In this document: in pieces, positions 10,379 through 19,800 of the stretch | Layout: every line of letters begins with the position of its first letter | Numbering within the stretch: position 1 is the first letter of the stretch | Assembly: GCA_015163815.1 (NCBI GenBank) | Contig: JAAOIJ010000120.1 | Location: forward strand, 1-48,807 | DNA from: Endozoicomonadaceae bacterium | Lineage (GTDB): Bacteria > Pseudomonadota > Gammaproteobacteria > Pseudomonadales > Endozoicomonadaceae | Direction of reading: 5' to 3' | Length of the DNA stretch: 48,807 nucleotides | Program-made: the position numbers and the translations under genes | The notes under the pieces: generated by a model | Database searches by the model: none | Told to the model about the DNA's origin: nothing | Seen by the model: only the letters and a program-made list of their open reading frames with translations

Positions 10379-13300
10379 TCATGCTTGACTATCATGATTT
10401 TTTTGCAATATTTTGAGTTGTTTTAAAATTTCATTCAATGTTTCAATAGTATGAGGTGTTTTACAATTTAAAGAAATCATAAGCGCTTCAATTTCTGCAT
10501 TATTTTTTTCTGTTCCATATATATTTTTTAAAGCTTTGAATAGTAATATATTAAATTTTTTATCACTCCAATTATCTGGAAAAGTTTGATTTATTTGAAA
10601 ATAGAGGTGCATTTTTTCTAGCGACATTTGATTTTCAGACATCTCTAGTGCCTCAATATGATTAGAACTAACTCCCTGTTTGTTTAGAAAATCTGTGATG
10701 AAATATATTGATTTAGAAGTAAAAGGTGATGCAATTCTTGCAATGAGTTCCATCGATACATTAAATAAAGAAACAAAAGGCTTTAATAACCAAGATATAT
10801 GACCTTGTCTACATTGCAAGGTGATAGTCGTGCTTTTGATAGCATCTTGCAATAAAACACAATTTTTTTGAACAGGCAGTTTATTGACTTTTATTTCAAA
10901 ATTAAAAATCGAACCTATTTTTTCGAATAATTTTAAAACTTTTGATTTATTTTTATTGATTTGACTACATATGTTGCCTACATTTCCACTTATTTTCAAA
11001 TCCAATTTGCCAGATAGCGATGTATCGTCTGATGTTTGTGTTTCCGGTGTAAAGTCAACTTGGAGATCGACTGAATTCATAATACTGTTTTTAAGATTGA
11101 GTGTACCTTGTAATGTAGAGTTTTTTCTATCAAAATTATACACTGTCACTGTATTGCCTTGAGAGCTAGAAATATTCAATCGAGGTTTTTTTACAGATAA
11201 TTTCAACTGAGGTTGTTGATCAGCAGTATCGATACTTTGAGAAGTATGTGTAAGCTCAACAGATTGAGCGCTTGCATATGTCTTTTTCTTTTTTGGCGAT
11301 TCTTCTGTTTTTGGCTTAACTTGGTGTGCATAAACAGCATTTTGAGTTTTAACACTGATTCCCACGGTTGCCAAACCTATTGTTGTCGATGCTTTTGCCT
11401 CGCATGTTGGTATTTGTACAAAGATGTTTTTTTCTTTCATTTTAGATGTGTCGGTATCTTTTGTTTGACTGAAATCAACTTGCAAATCACGGGTTAATAA
11501 AGACGACTGAATGTCTATATTTTCTCTGCCTAAACCAATACTGCAATGACTATCTATATCTATGGATTTAACTTTAACAACTGCTTCATTTTCATCAGGT
11601 TTTTCTGATATTCTCACTTGAATATCTTCAGCGCTGCCCATTTTTTTTTGTGATATCGCTGGTTGCAATGTGAAGGCTTTATATTCACTGATGCTAGAGG
11701 TGTTCAGGTTCAGGCTATTTAAGTCTACTGCTTGTATTTTAATATTTTTTTGTTCAGGCGTATATGTTACATTAGCTTGATGCATATCAGCTGATACATC
11801 TAGTTTTTCAAGTATATTATGAGCTGACAAGGAGTTATGAGGCAATGTTATCCTACCAGATTCAAGATGTGATGCTTGAAATTCAAGCTGTATGCTAGGT
11901 GATTGAGATTGAAGAGAAATACTGCTTGTTGGATCTTTTATTGCTTCCATTGCGTTATTCATGACATCATAATCTAGTAATACAGAGGATACACCGTGTA
12001 TTTGTATTTGCTCATTGATATATTTTTCTGCATTTTGATAAGCGATCTGTGATTGTATATTAGGCTGTTCTAATTGTATATGTTGGCATTTTTTTTTGAC
12101 TGCTAATAAAGTGATGAATTGTTTAAATGCTTTGTTATTCGTGAGCATCAAGGTTAACGTCTCAAATAAGCCTGCTGGTAGTTTTTTTTTGAAAATTTGA
12201 GCGTCAAATGAAGAATCTATTTTTGCTTCTTGACAAGATATTTGACAATCAAGATGATCTTTTCGTTTTTCAAATGAAATGGTTGGTTGAGTGAGCTGAA
12301 TATGAGAAGTACTGTCTGGTGTATGGTCTGTTTTTTTAGTTTTAATCTGAGCTGAAGTGTGAGAACCTTTCATCACAGTTATTCTTGTATCGGCGCTTTC
12401 GCCACTGGTTATATTATTTGTTACAGATATATCCTGCATCTTAACCGTTGGTATATTAACATCAGGAGTTTCAAGATGATCTAATTGCAAATGATCTGTT
12501 CGTGTCTGAATATCTTGCCCCCCATTTGTTAGTTGACAAGATATATGATCGGCCGCAATTTTTTCAATTTTCATTCTATTCTGCAGTATTTCTGGTGTCT
12601 GTATTGTTTGTGCAATCTGTTGTGTCTCAATATGTTCTGCAGTCACTTGATTCATGTGATGAGCGGTATTACTGATAAGTTGAATTTTTTCTCCAGATAT
12701 TGCCTGTATAGAGACTGTTTGATTCGATGCTGTTGTCTCATCAGAACCCATTTGATATTGTACTTTTTTCATATCAATTTTACCGAGAGAAATGCTTGCC
12801 ATTTTTTTTTCTTGATTCACATCCTTTTCAAGTTTTTTAGCAGATTTTGTAATAGGTTGCTCTCTTGTTTTTCTGGGTGTTGATATTTCCATATAACTAA
12901 AATCCGAGCCTGTCATATCGCCTTTTATTTGTTCTGGTATTGCTAAATCTTGAATTTGAATAGTGGAACCTGGTAAATCAAATGATGCTACTTTTATACC
13001 TTGTAATGAACGGCTTTTATTTGCATGTGAAACAACTTCTACTCCTTGTATGCTTCCTTTTTTAAAAGCAAATTTTCCTGATAAATCAATGCCTATCGAT
13101 TTGATTGACAAACACTTACAAGTAGAGAGATCATCATGATGAACGTCATTGCTTAGGAGATGATTGAGAGGAGTATGCTGCTTGCTAGTCTGATGTATAT
13201 CCTTTAATTGTATGGAAACTTTTGTTTCACTCTTTTTTAGCGCAAGCGTTTTCAGTGCAGGATATGTTTCTTCTAAACGTTTAAGAGGGATAAAAGCATT

Positions 13301-14617
13301 AATATCTGTAATATGTCCTTGAATTGTTGCGTTAGGAATATGTAATTTTTTTTCATTTTTTTGTTTTAAATCATAACCAATATGATCTGCTGTGAGGTCA
13401 ATGGTTGCTTTATTTTGATCATTTTGACCAGAATGTACTGCTAGATTGATATGAACCCTGGATAAGGTATTATTTTTTGGAATGAGTAATTTAGACACAG
13501 TAGAAATATTATTTTCTGGACTGGCATGAGTTGATGATTGCTGGCCTGCTAGCCATCCTGTGAATTGACTAAATGTTGAAGAAACCGTTGAACCAATTGA
13601 TTTTACTTGCGAAAACATAGCTGATCCAGCAAACCGCGTTAATGTTGATAAAATATTAGCTGAACCTAATAATGATTGAATGATTTGAATGGAGTGAAAC
13701 TCGAAACTGGCTTCATTTGGTTGGATATTGATAGTTCCTGTTATCATCTCATCTGGATTATTTGGATTTGGATAGGAAATATCAGCTGATAATTGAGTTT
13801 GTATTTTGAGATGCTGTTGATCAGTATCAATATGAATTTTGTTAAAGATTAGCTTAATATTTGATAAAGTTAACTGAGGATTCAGCTGGATAGACTTTAA
13901 TTGAATTGTTTGAGGTGTGTTATGTTTATACACCTGATTCATAGAGACTAGTGCATTGCTGATATCAGAACCTGATAATCCTTTAATGCCATATTTCCAG
14001 CAAACTAAATGCGTGACAGTTTTGATAATCATATTATAACTAATAGTGAATGGATTTATTTTTTTTAATGTTCCGATGAGTTTTGATGTATGTGATCTGG
14101 ATTTTGATGGTTTGATTGTGTTTTCCGGAATCTGTAATAATGGATTGGTTGGCGTTGTTTTAATGGATGTTGATTCTGCTTCTATGGCTTGTTCTGATCT
14201 GAGTAAGGCGTTGACTAATTGGCTTGATGTTTGAATATTTTGAGTGCTTTCTGGGTCTATTTCAGGATTTGAATCTGTATTTGAGTCTGATTTTAAAATG
14301 GTCGTCATTCTTTGATTTTTGGTGAGACTAGCTTCAGAAAATAATACTTGATGTGTTTTTTTTAAAAGATAAGGCATCGACTGTGCTGATTGTGATTCGA
14401 TGAGTTCGTGGATGTTAATAGATTTTTTTGAAATTGGGCTTGACATCAGCTCTTCAGAAGGTATAAAAGATTTTGTTGAAGCAGGCATGCCTTTCACTGC
14501 GGATTGAGATGGATTTTGGGTGGATTCTGTTGGATTTCTGTTGATATCATTTCTTTTATTTGTAGCGTAGCCATGTGGGGGGGTAATAATAGGCATTGAA
14601 AAAAATCCTTCATCCAT
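10379..14617 (-). CDS. Giant orphan protein (1412 aa; effector-like or surface-associated, function unknown)
   Basis: Uninterrupted 4.2-kb ORF. The N-terminal ~200 aa is S/T/N/P/Q-rich and low in complexity. A Ser/Gly-rich hydrophobic patch LLGSANILSTLTRFAGSAMFSQVKSIGSTV lies at about 13544-13672. An alternative start at ATG 14596 has AAGGA upstream. No family recognised. Confidence 0.6.
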   Translation of the reverse strand: MDEGFFSMPIITPPHGYATNKRNDINRNPTESTQNPSQSAVKGMPASTKSFIPSEELMSSPISKKSINIHELIESQSAQSMPYLLKKTHQVLFSEASLTKNQRMTTILKSDSNTDSNPEIDPESTQNIQTSSQLVNALLRSEQAIEAESTSIKTTPTNPLLQIPENTIKPSKSRSHTSKLIGTLKKINPFTISYNMIIKTVTHLVCWKYGIKGLSGSDISNALVSMNQVYKHNTPQTIQLKSIQLNPQLTLSNIKLIFNKIHIDTDQQHLKIQTQLSADISYPNPNNPDEMITGTINIQPNEASFEFHSIQIIQSLLGSANILSTLTRFAGSAMFSQVKSIGSTVSSTFSQFTGWLAGQQSSTHASPENNISTVSKLLIPKNNTLSRVHINLAVHSGQNDQNKATIDLTADHIGYDLKQKNEKKLHIPNATIQGHITDINAFIPLKRLEETYPALKTLALKKSETKVSIQLKDIHQTSKQHTPLNHLLSNDVHHDDLSTCKCLSIKSIGIDLSGKFAFKKGSIQGVEVVSHANKSRSLQGIKVASFDLPGSTIQIQDLAIPEQIKGDMTGSDFSYMEISTPRKTREQPITKSAKKLEKDVNQEKKMASISLGKIDMKKVQYQMGSDETTASNQTVSIQAISGEKIQLISNTAHHMNQVTAEHIETQQIAQTIQTPEILQNRMKIEKIAADHISCQLTNGGQDIQTRTDHLQLDHLETPDVNIPTVKMQDISVTNNITSGESADTRITVMKGSHTSAQIKTKKTDHTPDSTSHIQLTQPTISFEKRKDHLDCQISCQEAKIDSSFDAQIFKKKLPAGLFETLTLMLTNNKAFKQFITLLAVKKKCQHIQLEQPNIQSQIAYQNAEKYINEQIQIHGVSSVLLDYDVMNNAMEAIKDPTSSISLQSQSPSIQLEFQASHLESGRITLPHNSLSAHNILEKLDVSADMHQANVTYTPEQKNIKIQAVDLNSLNLNTSSISEYKAFTLQPAISQKKMGSAEDIQVRISEKPDENEAVVKVKSIDIDSHCSIGLGRENIDIQSSLLTRDLQVDFSQTKDTDTSKMKEKNIFVQIPTCEAKASTTIGLATVGISVKTQNAVYAHQVKPKTEESPKKKKTYASAQSVELTHTSQSIDTADQQPQLKLSVKKPRLNISSSQGNTVTVYNFDRKNSTLQGTLNLKNSIMNSVDLQVDFTPETQTSDDTSLSGKLDLKISGNVGNICSQINKNKSKVLKLFEKIGSIFNFEIKVNKLPVQKNCVLLQDAIKSTTITLQCRQGHISWLLKPFVSLFNVSMELIARIASPFTSKSIYFITDFLNKQGVSSNHIEALEMSENQMSLEKMHLYFQINQTFPDNWSDKKFNILLFKALKNIYGTEKNNAEIEALMISLNCKTPHTIETLNEILKQLKILQKNHDSQA

Positions 14618-14820
14618 GAGGGTGTTAAAATATCTGTTTTATTGAAAATTATAGTTGATAGTTGTTAAATCTGTCGAACTAAGTGATATTTAAAAAAAAC
14701 TGTTGATGAGGTCATGTCAATGATCAGTATATCTTGAATCTACATACAAGATCTCGTATAGTAGTTTGATTCTTTTGTATAGTGTATTCTATTGATTTAT
14801 AAAATGAGTGATGATTAGAG

Positions 14821-16026
14821 ATGGAAGTATATCAAAATATTATAGGCATTAGTGTTATTTTTGGGTGCGCTTGGATTTTTTCCTCAAATAAACGCGCCAT
14901 TGCTTGGAAGACAATTTGTTTGGCCTTTATCTTGCAAGCAGCTTTAGGCGCATTTGCATTATATGTTCCTGTAGGACAGCAAATATTTGAATGGCTTGCA
15001 AAGCAATTTTCACATCTATTATCTTTTCCTCAAATTGGTGTTCAGTTTTTATTTGGACCTTTGGCCGATATGGGTTTTGTTTTTGTGTTCTCAGTGCTTA
15101 CTGTGTTGGTTTTTTTTGCTGCATTATTAGCTATATTATATCATTTTGGTATTATGCAGTGGATTATTCGAGTTTTTGGAGGTGGATTAGAAAAATTATT
15201 AGGCAGTAGTCGGGTTGAGTCTTTATATGCAGTCACGAATGTATTTTTAGGTCAAAGTGAGTCACCTTTAACGATTAAGCCTTATATTGCGAGATTAACA
15301 GAATCTGAGCTATTTACGATCATGACATGCGGAATGGCGGCTGTATCAGGCGCTATTTTAGCAGGATATGTTGCTTTAGGCGTTGATATGAAATTTTTAA
15401 TTTCAGCTAGTTTTATGTCTGCGCCAGGGTCAATTTGGATCTCAAAACTGTTAATGCCTGAAACAAAAATATCTGACCCAACGATTCAGGTGAATTATGA
15501 AAAACATGTTAATTTAGTCGATGCTATTGGCTCTGGCGCTATGTCTGGCATGAAGTTAGCGATGGGTGTTGGCGCTATGTTATTGGCTTTTATTTCTCTT
15601 ATAGCGCTACTGAATAGTCTGTTAGGTGGCCTTGGTTGTTGTTTTGGGTATGAAGCGATTACGTTACAAAAAATATTAGGTTATTTTTTTGCTCCGATAT
15701 CTTGGTTGCTAGGTGTTCCTTGGCATGAATCGAGTATTGTTGGTAGTTTGATTGGGGAAAAAATTATTTTAAATGAGTTTTTGGCCTATATTCAAATGGG
15801 TCATTTAAAATTAAGTGAATATTCACATGCCGTGGCATCATTTGCGTTATGTGGTTTTGCAAATATATCTTCTATTGCAATTCAAATGGGTTTAATCGGC
15901 GGCTTAGCTCCTTCTCGTCGTGCAGATGTTGCGCGCTTAGGATTACGTGTTGTTTTTGCTGCGACTATGGTGAATTTGATGAGCGCTGCAATGGCAGGGT
16001 TGTTTATAAAACTATCTAATATGTAA
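14821..16026 (+). CDS. nupC: NupC/CNT-family concentrative nucleoside transporter
   Basis: Polytopic 401-aa protein with CNT-type segments (LGQSESPLTIKPY and CGFANISSIAIQMGLIGGLAP). Confidence 0.8.
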   Translation: MEVYQNIIGISVIFGCAWIFSSNKRAIAWKTICLAFILQAALGAFALYVPVGQQIFEWLAKQFSHLLSFPQIGVQFLFGPLADMGFVFVFSVLTVLVFFAALLAILYHFGIMQWIIRVFGGGLEKLLGSSRVESLYAVTNVFLGQSESPLTIKPYIARLTESELFTIMTCGMAAVSGAILAGYVALGVDMKFLISASFMSAPGSIWISKLLMPETKISDPTIQVNYEKHVNLVDAIGSGAMSGMKLAMGVGAMLLAFISLIALLNSLLGGLGCCFGYEAITLQKILGYFFAPISWLLGVPWHESSIVGSLIGEKIILNEFLAYIQMGHLKLSEYSHAVASFALCGFANISSIAIQMGLIGGLAPSRRADVARLGLRVVFAATMVNLMSAAMAGLFIKLSNM

Positions 16027-16105
16027 ATGATCACTTGGCATAAAATTATTCACAACTAGATTGCAATGAATTGAATAAATCTTTATTAGGGTGTTGTAAA
16101 ATATG

Positions 16106-17317
16106 TTACGGCGTCCCAATGAAGGGAATTTTGATCAAACTTTGTAGAATAATTGAGTTGGTGATATCAGTAAATACTGACCCTAATAAAGGAATGAATA
16201 ACATAGCTTTCGGTGATTTACCAAAACGATGCATCATGGTTTCAACGTTGGCAATACCTACTGGTGTTGCGCCTAATCCGGACCCAATAAAACCGGAACT
16301 CATGACTGCAGCATCATAATCTCTTCCTGCATATCGAAAAAACACATAGTATGCAAACACAGCAATAAATAGTGTTTGCATACAGGCGATAAACAATAAA
16401 GGAAAGGCAATATGGAATAAATTATTTAAATTTAGTGTAAACAAAGACATCACAACAAATAAATCCAGGCTTATATCTGATAGTAAGGCAGTAAATTCAG
16501 AATGGAGTGAGTGTTTCATGGAGTCTAATATATTGTTGAGAAGAACGCCTAAAATTAAAACAATAAAAAAATCAGGTAGTAATATATTCAGTTGACGCAA
16601 ATAGTTATTAATTTCTAATCCTATAACAATGGTGATTGAAATACTAAATAGTAATCCAAACACACTTGATGAGCTTAAATTATAAGGAATGGGTGTTGAT
16701 AAATTAATTTCTGATGGATTATTTGAGCGAATATTGGGTGTGATTAATTTTTTGTTATTCATCAGCATTTGCCCGATAGGTCCGCCTAGAAAGCCACCTA
16801 ATATCAAACCTAGTGTTGAAGAAACCAGTGCGAATTCATTAATATTTTCAAAGCCAAGCGATTGTAAATACTGTACCCAGGTAATGGCGGTGCCATGCCC
16901 TCCGGCAAATGAAATACTGCCTGCTAATAAACCGTAAATAGGATGAATGTCGAATAAGGTGGCTGATAATAAACCAATTATATTTTGGCATAGAATAAGG
17001 CCAGTGAGCATTAGGATAAGTATTAAGAGTGTTGTTCCGCCTTTTCTGAGTATTGATAACTTGGTTGATAAGCCTATGCAGGAAAAAAAAGTGAGTAAAA
17101 ATAAGTTTCGAATCGTTAAATCAAACGTAATTTCATATAAAGGATTTTTACCGTATGAAACAATTGTTAAAATAATAGCCACTAGTAGCCCGCTAGTGAT
17201 AGCTGGTGGGATATTGTAAGATTTTAATACAGGGATGCATTGAGTAATTTTAGACCCAAGGTATATGATCAAAATACTAATTGATAAAAATGCTAATCCT
17301 GATATTTGAAAATGCAT
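16106..17317 (-). CDS. gltS: Sodium/glutamate symporter GltS
   Basis: Collinear with E. coli GltS as remembered (AGGHGTA, GRDYDAAVMSSGFIGSGLGATPVGIAN). The start is placed at ATG 17317 (MHFQISG...), giving about 403 aa. The ORF track extends to a TTG at 17410. Confidence 0.88.
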   Translation of the reverse strand: MHFQISGLAFLSISILIIYLGSKITQCIPVLKSYNIPPAITSGLLVAIILTIVSYGKNPLYEITFDLTIRNLFLLTFFSCIGLSTKLSILRKGGTTLLILILMLTGLILCQNIIGLLSATLFDIHPIYGLLAGSISFAGGHGTAITWVQYLQSLGFENINEFALVSSTLGLILGGFLGGPIGQMLMNNKKLITPNIRSNNPSEINLSTPIPYNLSSSSVFGLLFSISITIVIGLEINNYLRQLNILLPDFFIVLILGVLLNNILDSMKHSLHSEFTALLSDISLDLFVVMSLFTLNLNNLFHIAFPLLFIACMQTLFIAVFAYYVFFRYAGRDYDAAVMSSGFIGSGLGATPVGIANVETMMHRFGKSPKAMLFIPLLGSVFTDITNSIILQSLIKIPFIGTP

Positions 17318-17735
17318 AGTTAAGTGTCTTATTTTAATTGTCTGAAAAAGATTTTTTTGTATGTTAAATTTCAATACATATAAATAATAGGATATCAAAT
17401 TTACTGACAATACAAAAATATTTTTTTATTTCAGTGTGATTGGCAGGCTCTAAAAATAAAAAAAATATCATATAACTTAATGTTTTAATGCTTTATTTAT
17501 GGTATAATATTTCTAAGTTGTTAGTTGTATTTCATATGAAAACTGGCGAAAAAAACACAACTAGCACATTTATTTTTTATTCCAGTCATTCACTTGAATA
17601 AGGTATAACAACTGTTTTTTTCGTATCTGAATTTTTTCATGTCTAATTCAAATGTCAAGTCATTTTTTAAAAATATACAAATAAACGCTTTTCTTTAAAA
17701 GAAAAGTTTCAATTGAGATACGAGATCACATCTAG

Positions 17736-17880
17736 TCTGAGACCTTTGCAATAAGACAACCAAAGACGCCTGATATGATCTTTTTTATTAAAATAGTTTA
17801 AAAAATGAAGTAATTTATGTATTGTTTGAATAAAAAAATACATAAATTATTCATTGAACTGCTTATTGCAAAGGTCTCAG
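17736..17880 (+). repeat. MITE-like element, ~145 bp, with 19-20-nt terminal inverted repeats
   Basis: TCTGAGACCTTTGCAATAAG (17736-17755) is the reverse complement of CTTATTGCAAAGGTCTCAG (17862-17880). An internal hairpin is TTTATGTA..TACATAAA. A second near-identical copy is at 1-104. Confidence 0.6.
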
Positions 17881-17902
17881 TCTCAGTCTCAGTCTCAGTC
17901 TA
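17874..17902. repeat. Hexanucleotide microsatellite (GTCTCA), 4 full units plus GTCTA
   Basis: Read directly. The first unit is the last 6 nt of the MITE terminus. The copy at 1-104 has a single unit. Confidence 0.95.
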
Positions 17903-17999
17903 TTTTATTTTTGAATCAAGAGGCCTGTCGATAGTGGTTATGCTTGATTTTATAGCAGAAAACGAATACAATCATGCTTTGTATCGCCATCTTCGGATT

Positions 18000-18076
18000 C
18001 GGAGCGTAGCGCAGCTTGGTAGCGCACCACAATGGGGTTGTGGGGGTCGGAGGTTCAAATCCTCTCGTTCCGACCA
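18000..18076 (+). tRNA. tRNA-Pro (anticodon GGG)
   Basis: Manual cloverleaf. The acceptor CGGAGCG pairs with CGTTCCG, and the D arm is GCGC/GCGC. The anticodon stem is CCACA/TGTGG with loop A-T-GGG-G-T, and the T arm is GGAGG-TTCAAAT-CCTCT. The discriminator is A and CCA is encoded. It forms a GC-rich island in AT-rich DNA. Confidence 0.93.
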
Positions 18077-18259
18077 CTCTTGAATGGCCTGTACTTCCAA
18101 TAGATTTCGAATCTCTGTCATAAACGACACCTTTATTTTTCATGTTGAATCCTTGCCTCTCACTCAATACCTCCGTAAAATACATATTAAGACGTCTAAT
18201 GCACAGCATGATATCGTCTATTTTATCTGTTTTTAGATTTTGGTATAAGGATTTACAAT

Positions 18260-19171
18260 ATGATACAACCTCTTATTAATACAGCACTGACAATTGAAAT
18301 TCGTGATACATTATTAGCGCTGATACAAGCCAATGATGACTTTAAAAACTGTTTACTACAAGATCATATTTTACCAGCTTGGACTAGCGACAGTCATCAT
18401 GCGAGAAGAACCGCTACTCAAATAGCAACACAGCTTACGTATCATGACTTGCAGAGTCGTCAAAAAACAACAAAATGTATTGGCGTGATCGGTATATCAC
18501 TGAAAACATATCAAACTGGATTAAAACTCAATGAAAAAAAAGATGCTTTCAAAGCAGCCATGTTAAATTATCGAAGTGCTTTTGGAACATCGATTCCAAT
18601 GCATAATCTGAGTTCACAACAATTAAGAGACAATTTATTAGGGCATTTAAAATTACAAAATTTGCATTTTATACAAGCTTATCGGCATATTCGATTATTT
18701 AGAACACCACCTGAACGTATTCGATTTAGTTGGTCTGCTGCGCATACTGGATCTGTGCAGCTAATAAAACGCAAAGCCATTGAGTATTTGAAAAATAAAT
18801 TTACCCTTAGTAAAGGGTTACAAGTTGATATTGAAAAATTAGAATCTTTTCCAGATCATACTAAAATTGTGATTCAAAGAGTATTAAAGCCGCATTTGCG
18901 TGCTAATTTGACTTGGCCTCTTGAGATTGAAAAGCTTGTATTGATGGACTCTATGCTTCGTTCTCAATATCCGTTGCAAATCAATACTCCTTTACCAATT
19001 TTTACTTGTTTAGATGAAAATCATACGACTTTTCCAGAATTTAATACAATTCAACCTTTGGAATCGATAGATAAAAGTAATCGAGTCAAGAGAAAAGATT
19101 CTTATTCTAAGCATATTCATTCGCATACTAATTCATTACATTACCGAGTTATTGACGATAAAGTGCATTAA
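18260..19171 (+). CDS. tus: Tus-like protein (DNA replication terminus site-binding family), tentative
   Basis: 303 aa. By eye it aligns to remembered E. coli Tus in four blocks. [13 protein letters not shown] matches [38 protein letters not shown] matches [45 protein letters not shown] matches [28 protein letters not shown] matches CPTPLIALI. Confidence 0.5.
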   Translation: [303 protein letters not shown]

Positions 19172-19455
19172 AAGTGAAAACAGGATTTCAGTATTTTATA
19201 AAACCTGATGATTTTTTGATGATAGATAGAATGATGTGAATATCATGCTTTTTCTAAATTAATGAAAACAAGATATCTATTATGCATTATGATCATGTCT
19301 ATCTTTTGACGAGAGCTAAGCTGAATTGCGGTTTCTTTTTAGTTTGCATTATTTGATATCAGCAAGCTATTCAATAATCGTTATTGTCGTTTGATAAATG
19401 ATTGATTAACAGTCATAAGTCGATGCTGAAGCAATCAATTTTATATGTTTTATCA

Positions 19456-19485
19456 GCCATAGCCATAGCCATAGCCATAGCCATA
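19456..19485. repeat. Hexanucleotide microsatellite (GCCATA) x5, intergenic
   Basis: Read directly: five perfect units. This repeat produces the WLWLWLWLWL artefact in ORF 19406..19597. Confidence 0.95.
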
Positions 19486-19800
19486 TAAGAGAAGTGAATT
19501 GGATATTTTGAAAAAATAATTTTAAACTTGAAAAAGAAATGGATAGATTCAGTTTTGGTATCACAAAAACGAGTCTATCCAAGACAGCAGTTATCATTTA
19601 TGATCATGAACTTCCCATAATATGACATTGATATGATTGAGGCTTATTATGTTTGTTAATTATTAAAAATTGAATAATAAATGAATCAATATGGCAGCTA
19701 TCATTAAAAACTTTTATTTTTTTAATATAGAGTTCGTTTAAAATATTGTATGGTGTTGATGGTTGATATATTGTTTTTATTATTTATAAGGAATTGTCGT

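Noticed and set aside
12533-12883. 116-aa plus-strand ORF, and the other short ORFs at 10971, 11213 and 14046, inside the 1412-aa gene
   Set aside because: They are antisense shadow ORFs within a much longer, uninterrupted minus-strand frame. They are Cys/Phe/Leu-rich, as expected from the complement of AT-rich coding DNA.
17817-18209. ORFs 17817..18083 (+, 88 aa) and 17916..18209 (-, 97 aa)
   Set aside because: Both run through tRNA-Pro and the MITE/microsatellite. The VSVSVSV stretch is simply the GTCTCA repeat translated. There is no RBS or family signal.
19406-19597. ORF 19406..19597 (-, 63 aa) containing WLWLWLWLWL
   Set aside because: This is a translation artefact of the (GCCATA)5 microsatellite in an intergenic region.
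18077-19750. tRNA-Pro-anchored genomic island (integrase, direct repeat of the tRNA 3' end)
   Set aside because: There is no integrase ORF, and I found no repeat of the tRNA 3' segment (GGTTCAAATCCTCTCGTTCCGACCA) downstream within the window.
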